A stretch of DNA of 64,000 nucleotides. Origin: Crocinitomicaceae bacterium (GTDB taxonomy: Bacteria > Bacteroidota > Bacteroidia > Flavobacteriales_D > Crocinitomicaceae). This document shows positions 1-9,680 of the stretch, one piece after another. The notes under the pieces were generated by a model, which saw nothing but the letters and a program-made list of their open reading frames with translations, did no database searches and was not told the origin of the DNA. Location of the stretch: positions 29,390 to 93,389 of the forward strand of contig JAGYIR010000013.1 of NCBI GenBank assembly GCA_018402525.1, given 5' to 3'. A program made the translations under genes and the position numbers. The first letter of the stretch is position 1; every line of letters starts with the position of its first letter.

Positions 1-1323
1 CCAAAGAAGAAAAAGATCTATGTACTAGATACATCCGTATTACTTCATGACCATCAAGCGATTACAAAATTTAAAACAAACGATGTGGCAATTCCAATCA
101 CCGTATTGGAGGAGTTGGACAATTTTAAGATAGGGAACGATACAAAAAATTTCTCCGCGCGTGAAGTCATCCGGTTCATTGATAAACTGTCAATTAAAGT
201 TAGTTTGCAAGAGTGGATTTCTCTTGGCAAAGGGCTTGGACAATTCAAGATCATACTAGAATCTAATCCAACTGGTCTGAACGCTGAAAACGTTTACGCG
301 AAAGGGAAAAACGATCATAAAATCATCAATGCAGCACTCCATTTAAAGGAAACAGAGGTGAACAGTGATGTCATTTTGGTAACAAAGGACATCAATTTGA
401 GGATAAAAGCAAAAGCTCTGGGCATCCAATCTGAAGATTATAAAACTGACAAGGTGGACACTGAGCTCACAAAGTCTTCTAGTGTCTGCACGATTGAAAA
501 TGTCGATTCAGAACAAATTCGTCAGATATTTACCAAAGGAAGAATTGAAGAAAACGGAATTCTAGGTGCCCATAAGGTTGCGAATGGTTATTATATTTTG
601 AAGAATGGAAAGTCGTCTTCACTTGCCGTATATAATCCACATTTAGATCATTTAGAGCGCATTGAAAAAGAATTTGTCTACGGAATAAAACCTAAGAATG
701 CTGAGCAAGCATTTGCGTTGAATGCATTACTGAATGAAGATGTGAAGCTAGTCGCACTTCAAGGTGTTGCAGGAACTGGTAAAACACTTTTGGCACTGGC
801 TTCGGCACTCGAGCAAAGTAAAAAGTTTCAACAAATAATTTTAGCACGACCCATCGTTCCACTTTCGAACAAAGAAATCGGTTTTTTACCTGGAGACGCC
901 AATGATAAAATTGGACCTTACATGGAGCCTCTTTGGGATAATTTAAAGTTCATTAAATCTCAATTTGGTGAAAACGAAAAGAAACATAAGGCAATCACCG
1001 AGTTACAGGAAAGTGGCAAAATCGTTATTTCACCGCTTGCTTTTATTCGCGGCCGAAGCTTGTCTAATATTATCTTTATTGTGGATGAGGCACAAAACCT
1101 AACCCCACATGAGGTAAAGACAATAATCACTAGAGCGGGAGAAAACACGAAAATCATTTTCACAGGTGACATTAATCAAATTGATACGCCGTACTTAGAT
1201 GAGCATAGTAATGGACTCGCCTATCTGGTTGATAGGTTGAATGGTCAGAAGTTATTTGCACATGTAAAACTAGAAAAAGGAGAACGCTCTGAACTAGCGA
1301 ATTTAGCGAATGAGTTGTTGTAG
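1..1323 (+). CDS. PhoH2-type protein (N-terminal PIN domain fused to PhoH-like ATPase), 5-prime partial
   Basis: Frame 1 is open from nt 1 (PKKKKIYVLDTSVLL is a PIN start), so the true start lies upstream of the window. Walker A is GVAGTGKT and Walker B is IIFIVDEAQNL, with a PhoH-like C-terminal half. Confidence 0.85.
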   Translation, partial: PKKKKIYVLDTSVLLHDHQAITKFKTNDVAIPITVLEELDNFKIGNDTKNFSAREVIRFIDKLSIKVSLQEWISLGKGLGQFKIILESNPTGLNAENVYAKGKNDHKIINAALHLKETEVNSDVILVTKDINLRIKAKALGIQSEDYKTDKVDTELTKSSSVCTIENVDSEQIRQIFTKGRIEENGILGAHKVANGYYILKNGKSSSLAVYNPHLDHLERIEKEFVYGIKPKNAEQAFALNALLNEDVKLVALQGVAGTGKTLLALASALEQSKKFQQIILARPIVPLSNKEIGFLPGDANDKIGPYMEPLWDNLKFIKSQFGENEKKHKAITELQESGKIVISPLAFIRGRSLSNIIFIVDEAQNLTPHEVKTIITRAGENTKIIFTGDINQIDTPYLDEHSNGLAYLVDRLNGQKLFAHVKLEKGERSELANLANELL

Positions 1324-1331
1324 GCTAACTT

Positions 1332-1772
1332 TCAAAAAAACAAGCGTCCATTGATCCACTCTGGATCTAATAGTGCTCCCTTTTTCTTGTAGAAATTAAT
1401 TGCTGGCTCGTTCCAATCAAGCACTTGCCAATCCATCCGTTTAACTCCTCGTTCTTTTGCAATCTCAACGACTTTGTCAAATAAAAGGGAACCGGCTCCG
1501 TTCTTACGCTCGGTTTCCAACACGAATAAATCCTCGAGATAAATGCAAGGTCCCTTCCAAGTAGAGTAGGATGTGAAGTATATCGCAAAACCAATAATTC
1601 TACCTGCTTCCTCAGCGACAATTCCTTCGCATATCTTAGTTTGAAATAAATCCCGCGTTAAACCCTCTTCCGTATTCACCACCTGCTCAGGTGCTTTCTC
1701 GTACAAAGCCAATCCCTTTATTAACTCAAGGACTGCCTTTACGTCTTTCGGTGCAATGGTGCGAATAATCAT
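1332..1772 (-). CDS. GNAT family N-acetyltransferase (diamine/spermidine acetyltransferase-like)
   Basis: 146 aa with acetyl-CoA motif RKNGAGSLLFDKVVEIAKERG. Its ATG overlaps the sprA stop (TAATG). Confidence 0.8.
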   Translation of the reverse strand: MIIRTIAPKDVKAVLELIKGLALYEKAPEQVVNTEEGLTRDLFQTKICEGIVAEEAGRIIGFAIYFTSYSTWKGPCIYLEDLFVLETERKNGAGSLLFDKVVEIAKERGVKRMDWQVLDWNEPAINFYKKKGALLDPEWINGRLFF

Positions 1773-4700
1773 TATTGTACTCCAGCTAAGTTGAATCTTA
1801 ATTTAAGTCCAGCATTTATATTTCCTGTTGGATAAGACGTTGCGATTTTCGGTGTGTTCAGGGTCTGATCATAATACAGTTGCAATGTAACGTACTTTGT
1901 TAAGTTGTAATCTGCAGAAGCCTTAATAGAAATCACTTTTTGACCTGCCGTTGCTTGGTTGGAGTTCTCCACTACTTTACGAATAACGGTCAAGTTATCT
2001 CTGAACGAGAAGTCAAATCGAATGTTCACAGGACTTGCCTCGATTTTTTCAAACGGTAATTTCACCTTGTTAAATTTATACCCTACACCAACAACGTATT
2101 CTTCACCTAAGATTTCGGTTACTTGGTTGTTATTTAACGAAAGTGTAGAATTTCGATCCTTCTTATATTCGAATTTCGTGATTAACCCTTGTCCTTTAAT
2201 TGTCCACGTGGCATCAAAACCAATCAATGGAGAGAACCTTTCTGAAATCACCAAATTCTGGACTTGCATTGCGGCAATAAAGTTGTTGTTCAAATCGCGA
2301 GCCGTTGCATCCCCATTGCTATCAAATGCCGCATTTAAGTTCGACTGCATACCTGATACACTTACCGTCGAAGTATATGCATGACGCAATACAAAATTAC
2401 GTAAGTACTTTTTCATGAACTCAAAATTCTTAAGACCATTGTAATTAACCGACCAATTCGGAAGCGGCATATTCTTGATTGGGTTAATGTTCTTTCCACT
2501 TACACCACGGTTTGTATAAGAAGTTAAGAAAGCACCCATTACTACCTCCTGCTGCGCACCGTTGTACCCACTAAAGTAACCTGTTGATTGCAATGCACTA
2601 TTACCGTTCTGCTCTCCCAACAACCTAGAAACCTCTTGTCGTTTGTTCAATAAGTCATCAAAGACAGAAGATTGATATTCACTTCCCATTAAGGCAAAGG
2701 CCGAACCTATTGATACATTGGAATACGTCAATGTAGATGTTTCCACCCTGCTCTGACTTTCATATGCCTCCGTTAACGAGTTCCATCGATAAAACTCACC
2801 TGTATTGGTTCCAAATGTTTTAGTCACGGAAAGCTCAATAGAAACATCCTTAATTGGTTCCAAACTTGCCCTCAGGTTCAAATTCTTTGAGTGCGTATTG
2901 GTATACTGTCTATTCAAATTTTCATTTTCAACCAGCCAACCATTGTCTCTGGCAGTTTCAGCAACATTATATCCAGTTTCATTGCCCCAAATATCATAGC
3001 GTTGCTTTCCAAAAATAAACCCTCCCATTTGGGAATTAAAACTAGGATTGAATCCTAAAACACTTGTTTGTTGATTGTAACCAGGTAACAACGTTCCATC
3101 GGTTTGAGTGTATGTCCCGGAGACATTTCTAACACTCATTCCTAGTCGAGCAACGAAACCAGCAACAGGATGAACCTTATCTTTGCGTTTCTTCTTACGC
3201 TCGTCTTTTCGTTTCTTTCTTCTCTTTTTTCGTTCCCATTTTCGCTTTTCCTTCTTCGTCATTTCCTCCTCTGGTTTGTCTGGCACCAGTTCCTCTTCGA
3301 CTTTGTCCACCTGAGCTTCACCATCTCCCTTGCTCTGCTGAGCAGCAGTTGCTCGTGTCCTCACTGCTCTTCCCCCTCCGTTTACTTTCTTCAAGTAAGG
3401 AATCTTGTTGTATAAATTGGTGAAGTTCAGTTGAGCCGTTCCGTTTATATTTCTACTGTTTTGGACTGTATTTCCGAATTCAGACTGACCCAAAGGAGCA
3501 CGCTGCCAATTATAGGAAGATGAGTATTTCGCATTGGCATTCACCCAATCAAGTGCAGGAATTTTATCAAAGGGAAGGGTATAATTAATACTATAATTGT
3601 GCGTGTAGTCCATTGTTTGACCGAACGTACTCATTTGGGACTTGATTGAATCCGTGAATTCTCGGTATCCGTCTGGGTCTTCTCTCCTATCAACGCGACC
3701 ATCGCCCTCCTCAAAAATAGATTGATTTGTAGCTGAAAAGTTAAACTTTAACTTTTGGGTGATGTCATAAGCCAAACTATAATCTCTATTCCAGTTAAAT
3801 CTCTTCACATAAACTGCCGCAAATTCGTAATCAGGAACAATGTTATTTTTAACTTGCCGCTCATTGTAACTTCGCATGGTGTTCGTTCCAAACGCAATGT
3901 TTTTCGGCGTTAAAAAGAAGTTCATATCGCGAATCAACGCCCACCAATTCGACTTTTTCATGAACTTAACCTTGTCGAACGGTTTAATTGGCTTCGATGA
4001 AAATGCGTAATTATAATTTAATCCTCCACTCCAAACTTTTGTTCTATCGTACCTAGTATTGAAGTCCCTGCTGTATGTTTCAGAGAAGGAGTAATTCGCA
4101 GACCAATTCGAGAGGCGCCACAGATGTGGTTTTGCTCCAGCCTTCATGGCAACTCGAACATTTGTAAAATTGTATGACTTTCTTTCTGTAAAATCTTGGC
4201 CTTCCCTTGCTCTTTCTCTTCTGGTCTGAGCATCCTCATAATCCTTGAGTTTAATATCTGGATTGTAAGGGTCATATTCAGGATTAATTATCCCAAGTGA
4301 ATAGCCGTAGAAGAAAGGTAAAGATACTTGCGCACGTTTACCAAAAAATTGACCCAACTGAACGTTGGCATTCATATCAAAACCAATCTGTTCATTACGC
4401 TGTCTGTCTTGAACTCTACTTTCAACAGCGCCCCAGTTTATTCCTGAGTAGTTACCTGACATGTTAACATTTGCAAAGTCCGCCAATTGAACTTGCATTT
4501 GCGCAATTGCTGCCGAACCGCCTTCGCTCACGAAGTCCGTTAATCTAAGTTCATTTACCCAAACTATAGCGCACTTAGCTTCACCGTCTTCGTTCCAGTC
4601 ATCCAACACATGCTTGTCCTTATGAGGATTTCGGACACCAATCATAATGGTTCTAATTCCCTGAAGGTTCGGACTTCCCTTCACCTTAATAATTCTATCT

Positions 4701-7700
4701 GGGTTGGATGGATCCACAGATGCGTACTCAACGACATACGACGCTGCTGACGATCCAGCAGAAATTTCCGCGTTTCTCTTTCTTTTGAGTGACAGAAGAT
4801 GATCAAAAATAATTTCGACGTTGTTCTCTTGAGGCCAAATATCGGTATCGATACTAGAACCCCAAGCTGTTGTTTTAAGTGGTAATTCGTATTCGTAATA
4901 GTTGTCAGTGAAATCTGTTCCTAAACGCACGAAAAGCGAAACATCCTCATCGTCTAAGGGCATTGTTTGAAGCACCTCCTCAGCGTGAACAAACATCTTT
5001 AGTTTTTTGTATGCACGAACATCGAATTGCACGTTTCTGTAAGCAGCTCTCGCATCACCATCGCCTAAATTACATACCTCCAAGCTAAGCGATTGTTCGT
5101 TTAGCAGACGCTGAAAGGTCTGAGAAGGATCTGTTTCCTGAATAATTCCAGGTGGCACTTTGTATTCAATTGGCGACCTTTTATCATTTTCTTGAATGTT
5201 AACCGCTCCAATATCGAAAGAAGTCAAATTTGGGTCTACTACGACCCCTTCTCCAGGTTGCGTCAAATCGTCAAAGAACTTTCTCCATTCACCACGAATA
5301 AACTCCAATCGTGCAAAACGCAATAACACCTCTTCGTCAAAACCATGCAAAAACATACGCATAAAACGAATGGACCTAAAATCAGTAATTCCATTTACCT
5401 TTTTCTCGAAATCACGAATAGGGATTTTAAACTGGTACCAATTTTCAACCTCTCCATTTCCTTTTACGAAAGGTTGAACACTTGTAATATAATTTTGTCC
5501 CACTTGCATATCCCCAGGGCGAAGACTTATTTTGTACTGAAAATAACTTTCCGTCTCCGACAAGTTATTGTCTTGATTAATATCCTCTACATCAGGTGCG
5601 TTCGTGCTCAAAGTCGGGTAACCTTCAGAGTTCATGGTGGCAGACATTTCCGTTGTTGGAGAATTACCTTCCATCCCATTAAATTTCTTATAGCGTTCTA
5701 AAATGTTAAGTTGATCGGAGTCGTACTGATCATCACGGTAATAGTTGTAATCATCATTGGATGGATCGGCAATCATTCTCGCCTTCGCATCTGCACTTAG
5801 TGTAGGATTGTTTTGCACCCACGTCACATAATCTTGAAAGTGCACTTGTTCGTCTGTATTGTTCCACCCATCTAAACCAACATCTTGATTAGCTCTAGCC
5901 GCAGGGTCATTATCAAACGCATTGACCACTACCTGTTGTGTGGAAACCCTTCCCCATGCCGTTGTGTCAATATTGTCAGTTATTGCAGTACCCGATGGAG
6001 GCAATCCATTTTCGAAACTCTTCCTTGAATCAGGTAAAATATCCTCCGAAATATTACCAAGATTAAAGTATAAATCACCTCCATTGTGCGGTGCGTTAGG
6101 ATCGACATTCTCAGCATCAATATTAAAAGGATCTAGCACCCAAAATTGAATGTATTCGACGTTTGTTTCTTCAAAATTAGTTGTCGAAAGTGCACGCATA
6201 ACACCACCCCATCTATTTTCTGGATCTGTGAATGTTCCGTCAGGGTTGACCGTATTCGTCGTATCATAATTATACATACCGCGTTCTTTCGGGTAATACG
6301 CCAACTCCAACAATGAAACGTTCGTAATTGATCCATACTGCGGATCCCAGTTTGGCCAAATATCTTTTTGGTTTACGGCTCTCATTCTACTATCCGAGAG
6401 CTGTTCAGGATTGTTTGTAATATGTGCCGGTGTAAGGTTATTGCTTTGGTAAAACAATGGGTCGATGACGTACCATGCAGTTTTCGCTCGTTTAAAACCT
6501 GCTGACAAATCTAAATTATCTGCCTCTGGAAACAGGTCCGGTTGCCCCTGCGGAACAGTCGCCAGGTGCCAAGAAGACATTGCTTTAAGGTCGATGGCGC
6601 TTTGTGACCCTTCGAAATCATCTATGTAAGAAGTTCCAGACTTTTCAATCGCTCTGGGCGAACCAGGAATCAAATGTGCAAATTCACCATTAAACGAAAA
6701 TGTAGATTTCTCCTTTGTCGAAATTACTGGCAGCATGTCCACCAATTTCGTTAAAAAAGGCACATCCGTTCTGTACTGAAAATCAAATCCAACAATGTTG
6801 TTTTTGAATGGCTCACTTCCATAATCCACCTTTTGAGTAACTGGTCTTTCCTGCATCCTCATCCAAGTACCAGCAATATTAAGCTTGTTACCAAAACGAT
6901 GCGATACACGAGCACCAAATAGCGATTTCGATTGAAATCCAAAAACGGAGTTACTCTCGACTGAAATGGTAATTGGTGTATTCGACTCGAGAATACCTGA
7001 GTTAAGAATTTTAACGCGACCAAGGTTATAATCCACTGTATAATCTACCCCTTCAATAAGTCTGATTCCACCAGCTGTAACAGAAACCGCTCCTTCGGGA
7101 ACATTTAAAGCATTCAGCGGAATGTCTGAAGTGATAGAAGATTGATACTCCCCCTTAAAAGTGAACCTATTTTTACTTGGAATCTGCTGGGCCGCAGTTT
7201 TTGTAGAATCGTACAGTTCAGTATAAGCAATTTGGTCAATAATTAAATTAGAAACATTCGCATCACTTAACTTGTCCGCTAATGTTTTCCCAAAAGGTTC
7301 CACTGTCGAAAAGTAAATTCTACCGTTTCTTGTATTAATTGTTCCACCATTCTCAGCTCGATTTCCATTAAATTGAATTGGCACAAAATCCAAAACCCCA
7401 TCCGAAAACGGTTGATTTTGTTGATTAATCTTGTCCATTTCTAGGAGGGTAACCAATTGCTTATCCGAAATTCCTGTAATGTTAGGTCCCAAGTTTTCTG
7501 CAGGCATGAATGGAACCGCCAAAGATGTAGCTGGGTTGTTATACAAAATATCCATTCTAAATCCTTCTGGACTCAATTGATAGGCGCCAATTGAATAGAC
7601 GTTTTTCATCATAAGTCTCCACAATTTATTTTGTGGATTAATGATTGTCGGTTTAATTAATTTCAAAATCAAGGCTTCCTGACCAGCGACACCATCGGTA

Positions 7701-9076
7701 GAAAACTCACCTACTTGATATGTTTCTCCTCTGTATGTATACTCATAGGCTACGGCTAAAACCTCATCATTATTCAACGGTTGATTTAATGAAATAAAAC
7801 CCAATTGAGCGTTGTACGTAAACTCCTGATCCGCCAATTTTCTCGCATTCTCAACCTTTTCGTAATCAAATGCTTGTTGAAAAGGTCCAGGTGCATTTAC
7901 TTGAGAACTAAGCACTGCAACCGCATTTACAAATCCTCTAATCAATGGTTGGCCAGAAGCCCAAGCGTATAATCCATTTGCGCCATTTCTTGGCAACTCA
8001 TCAGGTGACAACGAACCAGGGTTTCCTTGAATATTTTGAGGAAGCGCTTCACCTAAATCTGTAAATCCGATGATATTTCTTGTGTTTTCGGTATTGTTCG
8101 TTCTATTAGTCAACCACACCTCCATTCGCGTTATATTAATCGTGGTATTGACAATTGGCAATGTCGACATACTCTCGTCGTAGTGATCATGGTGATAGAG
8201 GTTGACAAAATAGTGACGATTCACCTCATAATTGTCTGCGCTCAGCTCGAACTCTTGCACCTGAGCTTTTCCAGCAATGTTAATTTCATCACGTTTTCCT
8301 TTTGAAGAGGCTGCAATCAGGTCTACTAACGTATTACCAAATTTTAATTGAGTCGTTGCCCCAAACAAGGTCTGAGAACCTTGAATTAGAGAAGTGGGTA
8401 ACGCCATCGAAACATTCCCAAGTTCCAGCTTTTGTATAATTTGATCTTCATCACCAGCGTACTGAAGTTTTGTAACATTGTCAAAATCAAAAGCGGCTTG
8501 GGTGTTGTAACTAACTCCTAGTTTCAAACGCGTACCAATTTCTCCAACCAGGTTCAAGTTAATCTGTTGGTCAAAATCAAAACGAGTAATTTTTCTTTGT
8601 CTTACTGGCAGCAGCGGATTGTCGTACCGTGATGAATTTACACCCAGAGAAAGCTCGACGGTTCCTTGCGGTCGAATGGTGATTTGATCAGAACCGAAGA
8701 AACTCTCAAACATCTTATTTCCAATCTGAATTGGAAACTCCATCGGTTGATTCTCCGCCGTTTGCTCATCAATTTTATCCTTCCAATTTTCTTGTAATGA
8801 TTTTTGGCGTTCATATTCTAGGTACTCATCCAAAGTCATCATAGAAGGATTTCTATAGTTCAATCCTGTGTTCCCAATTGTTTCACTGAAGACGTATGTT
8901 CCTGTTACAGGGTCATAAACAATTGTTTGGGTTACGCCAGTAGGATCACCTAAGTCGAAGCTTTGAGGAGATGTTTGGGTAGGATCCACATTATTCTGAA
9001 TAGGAAATACCAGTGTAGAATCCTGTGCCAACGAACACACGGAAATAAAAAGAAATACACCAAGTAGCAACCTCAT
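1772..9076 (-). CDS. sprA: T9SS outer-membrane translocon SprA/Sov
   Basis: About 2430 aa giant protein immediately downstream of ruvA. Signal peptide MRLLLGVFLFISVCSLAQ starts at the ATG at 9076 (the ORF track extends to a TTG at 9100). Beta-rich, SprA-typical sequence throughout. Confidence 0.9.
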   Translation of the reverse strand: MRLLLGVFLFISVCSLAQDSTLVFPIQNNVDPTQTSPQSFDLGDPTGVTQTIVYDPVTGTYVFSETIGNTGLNYRNPSMMTLDEYLEYERQKSLQENWKDKIDEQTAENQPMEFPIQIGNKMFESFFGSDQITIRPQGTVELSLGVNSSRYDNPLLPVRQRKITRFDFDQQINLNLVGEIGTRLKLGVSYNTQAAFDFDNVTKLQYAGDEDQIIQKLELGNVSMALPTSLIQGSQTLFGATTQLKFGNTLVDLIAASSKGKRDEINIAGKAQVQEFELSADNYEVNRHYFVNLYHHDHYDESMSTLPIVNTTINITRMEVWLTNRTNNTENTRNIIGFTDLGEALPQNIQGNPGSLSPDELPRNGANGLYAWASGQPLIRGFVNAVAVLSSQVNAPGPFQQAFDYEKVENARKLADQEFTYNAQLGFISLNQPLNNDEVLAVAYEYTYRGETYQVGEFSTDGVAGQEALILKLIKPTIINPQNKLWRLMMKNVYSIGAYQLSPEGFRMDILYNNPATSLAVPFMPAENLGPNITGISDKQLVTLLEMDKINQQNQPFSDGVLDFVPIQFNGNRAENGGTINTRNGRIYFSTVEPFGKTLADKLSDANVSNLIIDQIAYTELYDSTKTAAQQIPSKNRFTFKGEYQSSITSDIPLNALNVPEGAVSVTAGGIRLIEGVDYTVDYNLGRVKILNSGILESNTPITISVESNSVFGFQSKSLFGARVSHRFGNKLNIAGTWMRMQERPVTQKVDYGSEPFKNNIVGFDFQYRTDVPFLTKLVDMLPVISTKEKSTFSFNGEFAHLIPGSPRAIEKSGTSYIDDFEGSQSAIDLKAMSSWHLATVPQGQPDLFPEADNLDLSAGFKRAKTAWYVIDPLFYQSNNLTPAHITNNPEQLSDSRMRAVNQKDIWPNWDPQYGSITNVSLLELAYYPKERGMYNYDTTNTVNPDGTFTDPENRWGGVMRALSTTNFEETNVEYIQFWVLDPFNIDAENVDPNAPHNGGDLYFNLGNISEDILPDSRKSFENGLPPSGTAITDNIDTTAWGRVSTQQVVVNAFDNDPAARANQDVGLDGWNNTDEQVHFQDYVTWVQNNPTLSADAKARMIADPSNDDYNYYRDDQYDSDQLNILERYKKFNGMEGNSPTTEMSATMNSEGYPTLSTNAPDVEDINQDNNLSETESYFQYKISLRPGDMQVGQNYITSVQPFVKGNGEVENWYQFKIPIRDFEKKVNGITDFRSIRFMRMFLHGFDEEVLLRFARLEFIRGEWRKFFDDLTQPGEGVVVDPNLTSFDIGAVNIQENDKRSPIEYKVPPGIIQETDPSQTFQRLLNEQSLSLEVCNLGDGDARAAYRNVQFDVRAYKKLKMFVHAEEVLQTMPLDDEDVSLFVRLGTDFTDNYYEYELPLKTTAWGSSIDTDIWPQENNVEIIFDHLLSLKRKRNAEISAGSSAASYVVEYASVDPSNPDRIIKVKGSPNLQGIRTIMIGVRNPHKDKHVLDDWNEDGEAKCAIVWVNELRLTDFVSEGGSAAIAQMQVQLADFANVNMSGNYSGINWGAVESRVQDRQRNEQIGFDMNANVQLGQFFGKRAQVSLPFFYGYSLGIINPEYDPYNPDIKLKDYEDAQTRRERAREGQDFTERKSYNFTNVRVAMKAGAKPHLWRLSNWSANYSFSETYSRDFNTRYDRTKVWSGGLNYNYAFSSKPIKPFDKVKFMKKSNWWALIRDMNFFLTPKNIAFGTNTMRSYNERQVKNNIVPDYEFAAVYVKRFNWNRDYSLAYDITQKLKFNFSATNQSIFEEGDGRVDRREDPDGYREFTDSIKSQMSTFGQTMDYTHNYSINYTLPFDKIPALDWVNANAKYSSSYNWQRAPLGQSEFGNTVQNSRNINGTAQLNFTNLYNKIPYLKKVNGGGRAVRTRATAAQQSKGDGEAQVDKVEEELVPDKPEEEMTKKEKRKWERKKRRKKRKDERKKKRKDKVHPVAGFVARLGMSVRNVSGTYTQTDGTLLPGYNQQTSVLGFNPSFNSQMGGFIFGKQRYDIWGNETGYNVAETARDNGWLVENENLNRQYTNTHSKNLNLRASLEPIKDVSIELSVTKTFGTNTGEFYRWNSLTEAYESQSRVETSTLTYSNVSIGSAFALMGSEYQSSVFDDLLNKRQEVSRLLGEQNGNSALQSTGYFSGYNGAQQEVVMGAFLTSYTNRGVSGKNINPIKNMPLPNWSVNYNGLKNFEFMKKYLRNFVLRHAYTSTVSVSGMQSNLNAAFDSNGDATARDLNNNFIAAMQVQNLVISERFSPLIGFDATWTIKGQGLITKFEYKKDRNSTLSLNNNQVTEILGEEYVVGVGYKFNKVKLPFEKIEASPVNIRFDFSFRDNLTVIRKVVENSNQATAGQKVISIKASADYNLTKYVTLQLYYDQTLNTPKIATSYPTGNINAGLKLRFNLAGVQ

Positions 9077-9102
9077 ATGTAGTAACTGAGCCAGTTTCAA
9101 AA

Positions 9103-9678
9103 TTATAATATTTTCAACGCGTCTTTAATCAACTGTTCAACAGACTCTTCACCAGTACTCACTTTATCAATTGCTTTTTCTGCTGATTTTTTGTCGAAAC
9201 CTAAAGACATCAATGCAGTTAACGCATCATATTGATTAGTATTGCCCGCACTAAAAATATTTTCCGTCGAAAATGCCATTTTTAACATTTTATCCTTTAA
9301 ATCAACAATAACACGTTGTGCTGTTTTGGCTCCAATCCCTTTAATACCTTGAATTGTTCTAACGTCTTCAGATTGAATTGCGGATGCGATTTCCTCTGGG
9401 ACCAACGACGAAAGCATAATCATTGCTGTATTAGGACCAATACCAGAAACAGAAATCAAATGATTGAACATTTCACGCTCAATTTTTTCAGCAAAACCGT
9501 ACAAAATTTGAGCATCTTCACGCACAATAAACTTTGTGTAAATTTTGGCCTTTCCAGAATTGGGAATAGCACTAAATGTATTCAGGGAAATTTTTACCTC
9601 GTAACCTACACCGTTGCAATCAACAATAATTTCAGTAGGGTTCTTTTCTACAAGTTCTCCGTATAGATGTCCTATCAT
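9103..9678 (-). CDS. ruvA: Holliday junction DNA helicase subunit RuvA
   Basis: MIGHLYGELVEKNPT start, HhH motifs (GIGPNTA, GIGAKTAQR) and the C-terminal domain III. ATG at 9678; a GTG lies one codon upstream. Confidence 0.95.
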   Translation of the reverse strand: MIGHLYGELVEKNPTEIIVDCNGVGYEVKISLNTFSAIPNSGKAKIYTKFIVREDAQILYGFAEKIEREMFNHLISVSGIGPNTAMIMLSSLVPEEIASAIQSEDVRTIQGIKGIGAKTAQRVIVDLKDKMLKMAFSTENIFSAGNTNQYDALTALMSLGFDKKSAEKAIDKVSTGEESVEQLIKDALKIL

Positions 9679-9680
9679 CA

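Noticed and set aside
1959-6336. Multiple 60-140 aa plus-strand ORFs inside sprA
   Set aside because: All lie fully inside the long, well-supported minus-strand sprA frame and have low-complexity translations.
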